A DNA stretch of 42,185 nucleotides, taken from the NCBI GenBank assembly GCA_030591725.1, contig JAUVAN010000003.1, forward strand, positions 1 to 42,185. The letters run 5' to 3'. Positions 34,742 through 42,185 of this stretch are shown piece by piece. Under the pieces are notes generated by a model. It had not been told where the DNA came from. It searched no databases and was given only the letters and a program-made list of their open reading frames with translations. The stretch's first letter is position 1. Every line of letters starts with the position of its first letter. A program made the position numbers and the translations under genes. Source of the DNA: Deltaproteobacteria bacterium (GTDB lineage: Bacteria; Myxococcota_A; Polyangia; JAAYKL01).

Positions 34742-35779
34742 TTAGGTTATTTCGACCCTGAGAAGTTGACGACCCATGAAAATGTAGTTTCCATGTACCA
34801 ACTCGTATTCGTCCTCAATTTTGAAAAATGTGCCGTTCTTGCTGTCAAGATCGGTCAACATCAACTTTTCCTCGACTATCTCTACCTTGACGTGATTGCC
34901 CGAGATGTAGGGATCGTTTGGGAAGTTCATGTCGCAGCCTTCCCTTCCCAGGGTGATCACATTGTCTCTCGAGTGAACGACCATCCCGTCTCCGCCGCCC
35001 TCCAGGATCTGCACCAACCTGAAGCTGCTGTCGGTCCTCGGGCTGGCGAAGAAAAAGGTGCCGTCCGGTTCCGCATCATCATTGTAAGGCTCGATCGTAT
35101 CGATGCGGAAGACCTGCTCGCCTGCAAGGAAAGTGAATCCGGGCGTTGCCTCCGTCGTCCCCTTGAGGCCGATGAAAACTCCGTTCACGCTGCCCTCGTC
35201 CTTTACCTTGAGCTTGCCGTCGTCGTAGATGAAATTTGCATGGCGGGGAGAGAGCCACTTGTCCTCGGTGAAGAGGATGGGGCCGTCGGTCCTGCCCGCA
35301 ACGTGCTCGTTGGAGTTGAGATGGTAGGAAATGCCGTCCATCCCCTCTCCCTTGATCAAGATCAGCTTCGCCTTGCCCGGTGCTTGCATGTCGCCGAAGT
35401 ACTTCGCTTCCGATTCGGAAGGGACGCCCTCCACCGAAGTGCCGCACTTCCCGCAGAACTTGTGGCCGCCGGGCATGGGGCTGTAACACGACGGGCAGAT
35501 GAAATGGCGTGCTTGCTCCATTGGTTCTACCTCTGCTCCTTGTTGGGCCGCTCTGGGCGGCGATTCATTTTCTTCGATGCCGGTTTTTTCCGGCTCACTT
35601 TCGAGCGCTTCAGAAGACGGACCAACCTGAACAAGTTTCAGGTTGGAGGCGCAGTCTTCACATGCCGAGCAATCCACTGGATTCAGTAGATCACATTTCC
35701 CACATACAATGCCCGCAGTAACGGTCAACAGAAACGCTCTTTTTTTCAAATTCGAAAGATCATTCTGTTCGAAGATCAC
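34742..35779 (-). CDS. zinc-ribbon + tandem FHA domain protein (paralog of 33619-34728)
   Basis: CGKC..CEDC and CPSC..FCGKCG; FHA motifs AGRT/LSPRH/SVNG and LGRE/ISGNH/SKNG; start may be TTG 35728. Confidence 0.88.
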   Translation of the reverse strand: MIFEQNDLSNLKKRAFLLTVTAGIVCGKCDLLNPVDCSACEDCASNLKLVQVGPSSEALESEPEKTGIEENESPPRAAQQGAEVEPMEQARHFICPSCYSPMPGGHKFCGKCGTSVEGVPSESEAKYFGDMQAPGKAKLILIKGEGMDGISYHLNSNEHVAGRTDGPILFTEDKWLSPRHANFIYDDGKLKVKDEGSVNGVFIGLKGTTEATPGFTFLAGEQVFRIDTIEPYNDDAEPDGTFFFASPRTDSSFRLVQILEGGGDGMVVHSRDNVITLGREGCDMNFPNDPYISGNHVKVEIVEEKLMLTDLDSKNGTFFKIEDEYELVHGNYIFMGRQLLRVEIT

Positions 35780-35952
35780 CTGGTGGTCAACATCTTTCTC
35801 GCATGGGATTCACTGAACTAACCTACAGTAATTGCACGTCTAATCCCCACTCAACATGAAGGCCGATTGGTGCTCGCTTCAAGCCGTGTTATTGGTTATT
35901 GTCAATTAGCGTAGAGATAGCCGCTTATAATGAGAACCAACAAGGAGAAAGC

Positions 35953-36549
35953 ATGAAAATCGGCCTGTTCACAATGACGAGTTTACTTACTGCGGTATCG
36001 TCTCTCGCTCTTATGTCCTGCGGCGGCGCGGTCCCGACATCAACCACAACAGCCGGCACAACAGCGGGTTCTGCGGATACCACGTCCGATGTTGAACCTT
36101 CGAGTTCGAGCGGCAATCTTACGGATTTTGTTTTGAAGGACGTGAACGGTCGATCCCATGCCCTCACTGATTACCTTGGCGAAAAAGTCATCCTGATCAG
36201 TTTTTGGGCGACCTGGTGCGAGCCGTGTAAAAAAGAGATGGTTCAATTGCAGGCGCTCTTCGACGAGCACAAGGACTCGGGCCTCATGATCCTGTCCATA
36301 TCCATGGATGAACCCGAAACTCAGGGGGACGTCCGGACCTACATCAAACAACGCGGATACACTTTTCCGGTTCTGCTCGATACGGAAACGCAGGTCACAA
36401 ACCAGCTCAACCCGCGCCGCGCCGCCCCTTTCAGCCTGGTTATCGGAAAGGATGAGGTCATCACGTGGGAACACGAGGGATACGTACCCGGTGACGAGAA
36501 GGAGCTCGAGGAAGCGGTCCTCAAGGCATTGGGCTTGACGGCTCCCTAG
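35953..36549 (+). CDS. TlpA/ResA-like thiol-disulfide oxidoreductase lipoprotein
   Basis: Lipobox LMSC, FWATWCEPCKKE, YTFPVLLD; AAGGAG RBS. Confidence 0.9.
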   Translation: MKIGLFTMTSLLTAVSSLALMSCGGAVPTSTTTAGTTAGSADTTSDVEPSSSSGNLTDFVLKDVNGRSHALTDYLGEKVILISFWATWCEPCKKEMVQLQALFDEHKDSGLMILSISMDEPETQGDVRTYIKQRGYTFPVLLDTETQVTNQLNPRRAAPFSLVIGKDEVITWEHEGYVPGDEKELEEAVLKALGLTAP

Positions 36550-36561
36550 AGTATCCGGACT

Positions 36562-37587
36562 ATGGACCCGGTATCGCGATATATGGATGATGTGGGCAAC
36601 GGTACGGTCAGATGTCGTCTGTGCCCGCGAGGTTGCACGCCGGCGCCGGGCGCCTGGGGGGAGTGCCGAACCAGGTTCAACGATTCCGGTACTCTGAGGA
36701 TTTCCACCCATGGCCGTCTCCTGACCGTTGCGGTCGATCCCATCGAGAAGAAGCCTCTCAACCACTTTCGCCCCGGTAGCCTCACATTTTCGGTGGCAGC
36801 TGCGGGGTGTAACCTGGTCTGCCCCTTCTGTCAGAACCATTCCCTGTCCCAGAGCTTGGTGGACAATCCGGAGGTGGAGGGCAGGCCTGCGCGCGAGTGG
36901 AATCCGAAGGATGTGGTCGACGCCGCGATCGAGCACGGCTGCAAATCGATCTCGTTTACCTACTCCGAACCCATCCTCCTTCTGGAATTCGCCGATCTTG
37001 TGGCATCCATTGCCCGCGAGCGAAACATCCATATCGTTTTTGTGACCAATGGACAGGCCACCGAGGAGGCCGCGCGAGACATGGCCGGTTTCCTCGCGGC
37101 TGCGAATGTAGATCTAAAGTGTTTTGACAGGGACGATTATCGGCGCACTCTCGGGGGTAGCCTGGACGCCACGCTGGATACCATACGCATTCTGCGGGAG
37201 GCGGGTGTCTGGGTGGAGGTCACGACCCTTGTCGTACCCGGTTTCAACGACCGGGACGATCAACTCCGGTCGATCGCACAGTTTGTCGCGAGCGTGGGTT
37301 GTGGTATTCCGTGGCACGTGTCCAGGTTTCACCCGGCATACAGGTGGACGGACAGACCGGTGACTCCTCTCGGAACGCTAAACCGTGCAGCGGTCATCGG
37401 CCGATCTGCCGGTCTGGAGCACGTGTACACCGGCAACTTGCCCGGGCACGAAGGGGAAAAGACCCGATGTGCCCACTGTGAAACTGTATTGATAGATCGC
37501 GTGGGTTATCGCATAGATGTCGTGCAGACAGAGGGTGGTCGTTGCAAGACGTGCGGCGAGCCCATCAATGGAGTGGGGTTTCCATGA
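36562..37587 (+). CDS. amrS: AmmeMemoRadiSam system radical SAM enzyme
   Basis: CRLCPRGC, VDPIEKKPLNHFRPG, GCNLVCPFCQN, TYSEP, WVEVTTLVVPG, PWHVSRFHPAY, YTGN, and C-terminal CxxC pairs. Confidence 0.93.
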   Translation: MDPVSRYMDDVGNGTVRCRLCPRGCTPAPGAWGECRTRFNDSGTLRISTHGRLLTVAVDPIEKKPLNHFRPGSLTFSVAAAGCNLVCPFCQNHSLSQSLVDNPEVEGRPAREWNPKDVVDAAIEHGCKSISFTYSEPILLLEFADLVASIARERNIHIVFVTNGQATEEAARDMAGFLAAANVDLKCFDRDDYRRTLGGSLDATLDTIRILREAGVWVEVTTLVVPGFNDRDDQLRSIAQFVASVGCGIPWHVSRFHPAYRWTDRPVTPLGTLNRAAVIGRSAGLEHVYTGNLPGHEGEKTRCAHCETVLIDRVGYRIDVVQTEGGRCKTCGEPINGVGFP

Positions 37588-38306
37588 ATGAGCCGAAGAT
37601 CAGGATAGGGACCGTGGGATATCCGATTGCCAGGAAAAGGGTCCTCAAGCAGGTGGATGTGGTGGAGCTCACCGATGGCCGACAGATCCCGCCCGGGAAA
37701 GCGGCGGCGAAGCGGTGGAGGGCCAGCGCACCTGAACGAGTTGCCTTCACCATTCAGCTATCGCGCTATCTCATGGATCCATTGGAGGAAGGTGTTCCCA
37801 TGCCGGGTGAGCGTTCCGGCTATGGTGGGCTCAAGCTTTCAGATGAGAACCTGGGCCTGTGGAAGAAGGAGCTCGAGTTTGCGTCGGCTGTGGATGCGCT
37901 CGCCCTCGTGCTGATCACGCCCCCAACCCTGACCCCGGCGGCGATCAACAAGCGATTGATGACCGACTTCTTTGCCGGTGTGGAGCGCGCGCGCTTCAAA
38001 TTGATCTGGGAACCTCACGGCCCCTGGGAACCGGAACAGGCTGCCGAGTTCGCCCTGGAAAACGATCTTGTGCTTGCGGTTGATCCACTGCGCGACCCTG
38101 CGCCTGCGGGGCCGCTGGCCTACTTCAGGATGGGCCCGTTCGCTTCTCTGGGATCGAGGGTCGGCCTGTACGATCTCGAACGGATCATGGACGCGGGCGA
38201 GAGTTTCGACCGGACCATATGCGTGTTCGAGACGCCTCGCGCTTTCGATGACGCCCGGAACCTGAAAAAGGTGCTCTCAGGAGACGATAACGACATTGGC
38301 TTCTGA
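37584..38306 (+). CDS. DUF72-like TIM-barrel protein (divergent)
   Basis: IRIGTVGY, VVEL, WRASAP..FTIQ, LIWEPHGPW, AVDP, AYFR; ATGA overlap with amrS. Confidence 0.7.
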   Translation: MNEPKIRIGTVGYPIARKRVLKQVDVVELTDGRQIPPGKAAAKRWRASAPERVAFTIQLSRYLMDPLEEGVPMPGERSGYGGLKLSDENLGLWKKELEFASAVDALALVLITPPTLTPAAINKRLMTDFFAGVERARFKLIWEPHGPWEPEQAAEFALENDLVLAVDPLRDPAPAGPLAYFRMGPFASLGSRVGLYDLERIMDAGESFDRTICVFETPRAFDDARNLKKVLSGDDNDIGF

Positions 38307-38498
38307 GAAGATCTCGGCGGTGGTGTTATTGGATCAGTATGGCGGCTGTAGCACACCGCGACGATCGAGTGTGGCGATTTATTCACACAAACAATAATAG
38401 CATCCAGGGGCCAATAACCCCCTCAAGTGCTGAAAAATACTACGAATAACTGCCAGAATCGAATTGCGGGAATTCATCCGTGCAGGCTTCGAAACGCT

Positions 38499-38514
38499 TG
38501 GCTCGGTTATTGCT
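38499..38514 (+). promoter_or_regulatory. putative sigma-54 (-24/-12) promoter
   Basis: TGGCTCG-GTTA-TTGCT against consensus TGGCACG-N4-TTGCW (one mismatch), about 90 bp upstream of ATG 38603 in a ~300-bp intergenic region. Confidence 0.6.
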
Positions 38515-38602
38515 GCCCTTTGGCAATTATGAGGCATCAGCGGCAACAAAACTATGTGGGCGTTTTTTGCGCACGGCATTTTGTGGTCACGGGGAGATCG
38601 AA

Positions 38603-39646
38603 ATGACTTTTCGAAGACTTGCGGTTTGTTTACTGGCTCTCGTCACCACCATCATCTTTTCGGGCACATTACTCGCGAAGGAGAGCGGCGCGAAGGCGTC
38701 GGAGAGGGAACGGGTGACGGTCTTTCCCTTTGTGGGTGTAAACGTGCCGCCGGGCCTCCTGACGGCGTCCGATGAGATTTTGATTTCCTCTCTCGTCGAG
38801 AGCGGCTTCATCGTCGCTGACTGGGAGCGTGGCCTGGACAAGGTCGGCGAGCTTTCGGAGGGGGAGGAGACCAGATTGACCTCGACGAGCAAATCCACAA
38901 TTGCGATGGAACTCGGGTGTCATGGATACGTGGACGGCAAGATGGTCAAGCTCGGCTCCAAGATTCGCGTGACCATCAACCTACGTAATTCGAATGGCGA
39001 TATCCTGCAGAGCAAGGTGATGGATGGTGAGACGGAGGACGATCTGGTCATCATCCTGGAGAGAATCGCCATCGCCTTCGCCCATGACGTGTCCGTTGAC
39101 GAAACACTCAATCTGGATAACGCCACCCGTGCGGAGACCACGCACAAGACCCAGCGATTTCGGCCGGAAAAGAATTTCGGTGTCATCATAGGGGAAACCT
39201 TCAGCGTGACGGATGCCATGGACCACTACACCATGTTCGCGTTCGACGTACGGCTCGAGCAGAAGGACGTCCTGGTAGAGCTGAGCGCCGGCTTTGGTGT
39301 CCACGGCGGCCAGGATCCGGCCGGGCATTTCTTTGCCGGAGTGGGAGTGGCCTACTACCTGAGTCACACCGGGATTTCACCGTATCTCGGCGCCGGGTTC
39401 GGTATCTTCCTGGGCGATCGCCTGAATATCGAGAAAGATGACGCTGTTGATGACTATGTTCCAGTCCATGAGGAAGATGACGACGACGAGTTTGGAGTAG
39501 GATTTGAGCTTTATCCGACTCTGGGCATCGAGTTTTTGAGAAACGCTTCCATGAGACTTCACCTGGAGATGAGGTACGGATTCAGCATCTCTCCGGACAC
39601 CGATCTGGGCCACGGCCCGGTGGTGGTGGCCGGCATTGCCTTCTAG
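38603..39646 (+). CDS. exported protein: CsgG/FlgO/TolB-N-like alpha-beta domain + C-terminal beta-barrel
   Basis: Signal peptide; VTVFPF...AMELGC..YVDGKMVKLGSKIRVTINL; amphipathic strands (SPYLGAGFG); terminal F. Confidence 0.65.
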   Translation: MTFRRLAVCLLALVTTIIFSGTLLAKESGAKASERERVTVFPFVGVNVPPGLLTASDEILISSLVESGFIVADWERGLDKVGELSEGEETRLTSTSKSTIAMELGCHGYVDGKMVKLGSKIRVTINLRNSNGDILQSKVMDGETEDDLVIILERIAIAFAHDVSVDETLNLDNATRAETTHKTQRFRPEKNFGVIIGETFSVTDAMDHYTMFAFDVRLEQKDVLVELSAGFGVHGGQDPAGHFFAGVGVAYYLSHTGISPYLGAGFGIFLGDRLNIEKDDAVDDYVPVHEEDDDDEFGVGFELYPTLGIEFLRNASMRLHLEMRYGFSISPDTDLGHGPVVVAGIAF

Positions 39647-39677
39647 TCGCAAAAAGGACTGTAAAGGGGACCGGGCC

Positions 39678-41060
39678 ATGAAAAACAAGAGCACGATACT
39701 CTACCTGCTCCTGATCGCGACCCAGATCTCAATATCGCCCGAACTCGCGGCGAGCGATGACAAACAGGATCAAGAGAAAGCCAAACCCGAGGCGGTCGAA
39801 AAGGACGTGCAAACCAGGGTTGCCACCAGGATAGTCGCCTTTCCTCTCGAGGGAGTGAACGTTCTTCCCAGGGTTCTGGACGCGTCCAACGAGGTCTTGT
39901 GGATGTCTCTCACGGAAGAGGGGTACATAGTTGCTGACTGGGAGATGGGGTACAAGAGGGTCACCGGGTTTGACGCTCCTCCGCCTCCTCCGCCTCCTGC
40001 TCCAAAACCCGTCGAGCCCCGTCCCGCTTCGGTTATGGTTCCGATCGTACCCTACTATCCGGTTGTTCCGCAGGAGTCGGCGCCGTCCGTGCTCTCCGGC
40101 GGAGGCGTGGTGGATCACGCTTCACCACCGCCATCTCCAGGCGTGCAAACACCGCGAAATATTCACGAGCAACCCTCGGTCGTCGAGCAACCCTCGGTCG
40201 TCGAGCAACCCCCGGTCGTCGAGCAACCCTCGGTCGTCGAGCAACCCCCGGTCGTCAAGCAACCGGAACCGTTGACCTGGGTGGAGCCGGAGCCGGATCC
40301 GCCTCCCGCTCCGAAGCTCACGGCGGAGTTGAAAAGCCGGATCGCCAGGGAAATGGGGTGTGAAGAATACGTGGACGGAAAGCTGGTTCTGCTGGGATCC
40401 AAAATCCGCGTGACCGTCAAGATGAAGAACGCCGAGGGCGACATCCTGGACAGTAAGCAGATGGAAGCTCAAACCGAGGATGACCTGCACATCATCTTCA
40501 AACGCATCGCGAAGGCTCTGGTTCTTGGCATGACCATCGAGGAGACCCTGGATCTCGATAACGCGACGGTGGCCGAGGCCCATCAGATGGCGAACCGGTT
40601 CAGGCTCGAGAAGAATATGGGGCTCCTCATCGGGCAGTTCTTCTCTGTAAACGACAAGATGGCGCACCATACCTTCATCGCGTTCGACGGCCGTTTCGAG
40701 CTGAACGATGTGCTGATCGGCGTCAACGTGGGCATGGGGTTCACCGACACCTCAGAAACAGACACTCACCTCTTTTTGGACATTCTGGGCGGCTACTATC
40801 TGTCCCATACATCCTTTGCCCCCTACCTTGCCCTGGGCGTCGGTATAATGCTGGGCAACTTTCTGAGCATAGGGGACAACGATTCGGATGGATTGGAGTC
40901 CTTCAGGCAGATCGGCTTCCACGCTTTCCCGGCCTTTGGAATCGAGTTCATCAGAAATTCTCAGATGCGCGCTCATATCGACATCCGTTACGCCATCGTT
41001 GTAGGCCAGGACTCGGAGATCGGGCACGGTCCCATGATCACCGCCGGCCTCAATTTCTGA
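39678..41060 (+). CDS. paralog of 38603-39646 with a Pro-rich insertion
   Basis: Shared VAFPLEGVNV, IVADWE, YVDGKLVLLGSKIRVTV, ETLDLDNAT, EKNMG and GHGP..AGLNF. Confidence 0.7.
   Translation: MKNKSTILYLLLIATQISISPELAASDDKQDQEKAKPEAVEKDVQTRVATRIVAFPLEGVNVLPRVLDASNEVLWMSLTEEGYIVADWEMGYKRVTGFDAPPPPPPPAPKPVEPRPASVMVPIVPYYPVVPQESAPSVLSGGGVVDHASPPPSPGVQTPRNIHEQPSVVEQPSVVEQPPVVEQPSVVEQPPVVKQPEPLTWVEPEPDPPPAPKLTAELKSRIAREMGCEEYVDGKLVLLGSKIRVTVKMKNAEGDILDSKQMEAQTEDDLHIIFKRIAKALVLGMTIEETLDLDNATVAEAHQMANRFRLEKNMGLLIGQFFSVNDKMAHHTFIAFDGRFELNDVLIGVNVGMGFTDTSETDTHLFLDILGGYYLSHTSFAPYLALGVGIMLGNFLSIGDNDSDGLESFRQIGFHAFPAFGIEFIRNSQMRAHIDIRYAIVVGQDSEIGHGPMITAGLNF
40167..40264 (+). repeat. 18-bp coding tandem repeat x5.4 (EQP[S/P]VV)
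   Basis: gagcaaccc(t/c)cggtcgtc x5 followed by aagcaacc. Confidence 0.92.
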
Positions 41061-41108
41061 GAATTTTCTTCTTCGCTTTGGGTTCGCTCCCCATGTAACA
41101 TCAGACAA

Positions 41109-42011
41109 ATGAACGATATGTCGTCGGATCGAAAAACAGAATCGCTTGCCTCTCTGATCGTGATCACGGGACTCTCGGGGGCGGGCAAGTCCACCGCCAT
41201 GCGGGTGTTCGAGGATCTCGGATGCTACTGCGTGGATAACCTCCCTCCCGGACACATTCCGGACTTCTTCAATCTCTACGAGAGCAGCGGCTCGGCCGGA
41301 TCCAGTCTGGTGATCGCCAGCGACATGCGTTCCGGAGCCCTTTTCGACGATTTCGTCGAGACTCACAAGGCGCTGCACGAAGAGGGAATGGATCTCCAGG
41401 TTCTTTATCTCGACAGCTCCACGCACGTGCTCATCAACCGCTTCAATGAGGTAAGACGCACGCACCCGCTGCAACCCGACCTTTCCCTCAAGGAGGCCAT
41501 TGAGGAGGAGAGAAAGAGGTTGGAGCCCATTCGCGCCGTGGCGACACACGTTATCGACACGAGCGGACTCGATACCTCACAGCTTCGCGAGACGATCTTG
41601 CACACCATGGCGGGGGAAGACACCGGGAACGTGATTCGCCTCAAGTTCGTCAGCTTCGGATTCAAGTACGGGATCCCGAGGGACGCCGACTTCGTCCTGG
41701 ATGTCAGGTTTCTCCCCAACCCCTTTTACGTCCCGGAACTGCGGGTTCACACGGGGGAGGATCAGGACGTCTACAATTACGTAAGGTCGTGTGACGAGGC
41801 CGACGGTTTCTTCAGCCGGGCAGTGGAGATGCTGGGGGTGACCCTGCAGTCGTTTGTAGGGGTGGGCAAGCTCAACCTCAACGTGGGCGTCGGGTGTACC
41901 GGTGGGCGGCACAGAAGCGTGGCGTTTGCGCGCAGGCTTGCCGAGCACTTCGATAGCAGGGGGCATCGATCGACCGCGGTTCACAGGGACGCGGGCAAGC
42001 TCCAAAACTGA
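41109..42011 (+). CDS. rapZ: RNase adapter RapZ/YvcJ family P-loop NTPase
   Basis: ITGLSGAGKS, EDLGCYCVDNLP, RRTHPL, SFGFKYGIP, DVRFLPNP, GCTGGRHRSV, HRD. Confidence 0.96.
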   Translation: MNDMSSDRKTESLASLIVITGLSGAGKSTAMRVFEDLGCYCVDNLPPGHIPDFFNLYESSGSAGSSLVIASDMRSGALFDDFVETHKALHEEGMDLQVLYLDSSTHVLINRFNEVRRTHPLQPDLSLKEAIEEERKRLEPIRAVATHVIDTSGLDTSQLRETILHTMAGEDTGNVIRLKFVSFGFKYGIPRDADFVLDVRFLPNPFYVPELRVHTGEDQDVYNYVRSCDEADGFFSRAVEMLGVTLQSFVGVGKLNLNVGVGCTGGRHRSVAFARRLAEHFDSRGHRSTAVHRDAGKLQN

Positions 42012-42185
42012 TCGTTTCTGTAATTTTCGGTGCCAGTCACTTTTTTTCTTTCATCGGACGAATTTTAGCAACTTTTCCTGCGAGCGACCGATTAAAGGAG
42101 TATGGCGCGAAGAATCAGGGTCTGGAAGGAAAACGGAATGTATCACGCAACGCTCAATTGCGTGGACAGGATGTTTTTCTTGAAA

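Noticed and set aside
34730-35689. Long antisense ORFs (also 36040-37032, 22997-23869, 7519-8406, 21003-21821, 26758-27570)
   Set aside because: They lie opposite well-supported genes and have no recognisable motifs, as expected from codon bias.

Overview
A 42-kb GC-rich bacterial window. The gene content (Asp-rich DGDxD lipoprotein, zinc-ribbon/FHA pair, STAND-TPR protein, PilZ, many Cys-rich lipoproteins) suggests a deltaproteobacterium/Myxococcota-like organism; this is an inference. (1) 1-2.3 kb: the 3' part of a gene ending in two Ada-like Zn-binding modules, then an AraC regulator. (2) 2.3-16.7 kb: a surface-glycan cluster (GT2s, DUF2304, GT-C-like membrane protein, GT4s, flippase, GT11 fucosyltransferase, four methyltransferase-like genes). 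Its middle is visibly AT-richer and holds two truncated glycosyltransferase remnants. (3) 16.8-22.6 kb: an outer-membrane barrel, a DUF4105/Lnb-like membrane enzyme and, divergent from it, the most interesting locus. Three paralogous Tat-type exported proteins share an N-terminal M-x-R-x-K-x-P-x6-P-x-Y-P motif, a FliL-like core and repeated Gly/Pro motifs, and run into a radical SAM/SPASM gene via TGATG overlaps. This is a candidate protein-modification (RiPP-like) system. (4) 22.7-31.3 kb: FmdB-type zinc ribbon, gpmI, rlmH, rsfS, an OMP barrel, a zinc-ribbon/NTPase/TPR protein lacking the Walker A lysine, DUF3467, PilZ and two lipoproteins. (5) 31.3-32.0 kb: a tRNA-Ser(TGA)-Ser(GCT)-Arg(ACG) operon followed by about 116-bp tandem units, each made of a copy of the tRNA 3' end, a variable terminator and a constant 49-bp core. 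(6) 32.1-42.2 kb: Asp-rich lipoprotein, murB, two FHA paralogs, a TlpA-like thioredoxin, amrS, DUF72, two paralogous barrel proteins behind a sigma-54-like promoter, and rapZ. All family calls come from recognising motifs by eye; no database searches were run.
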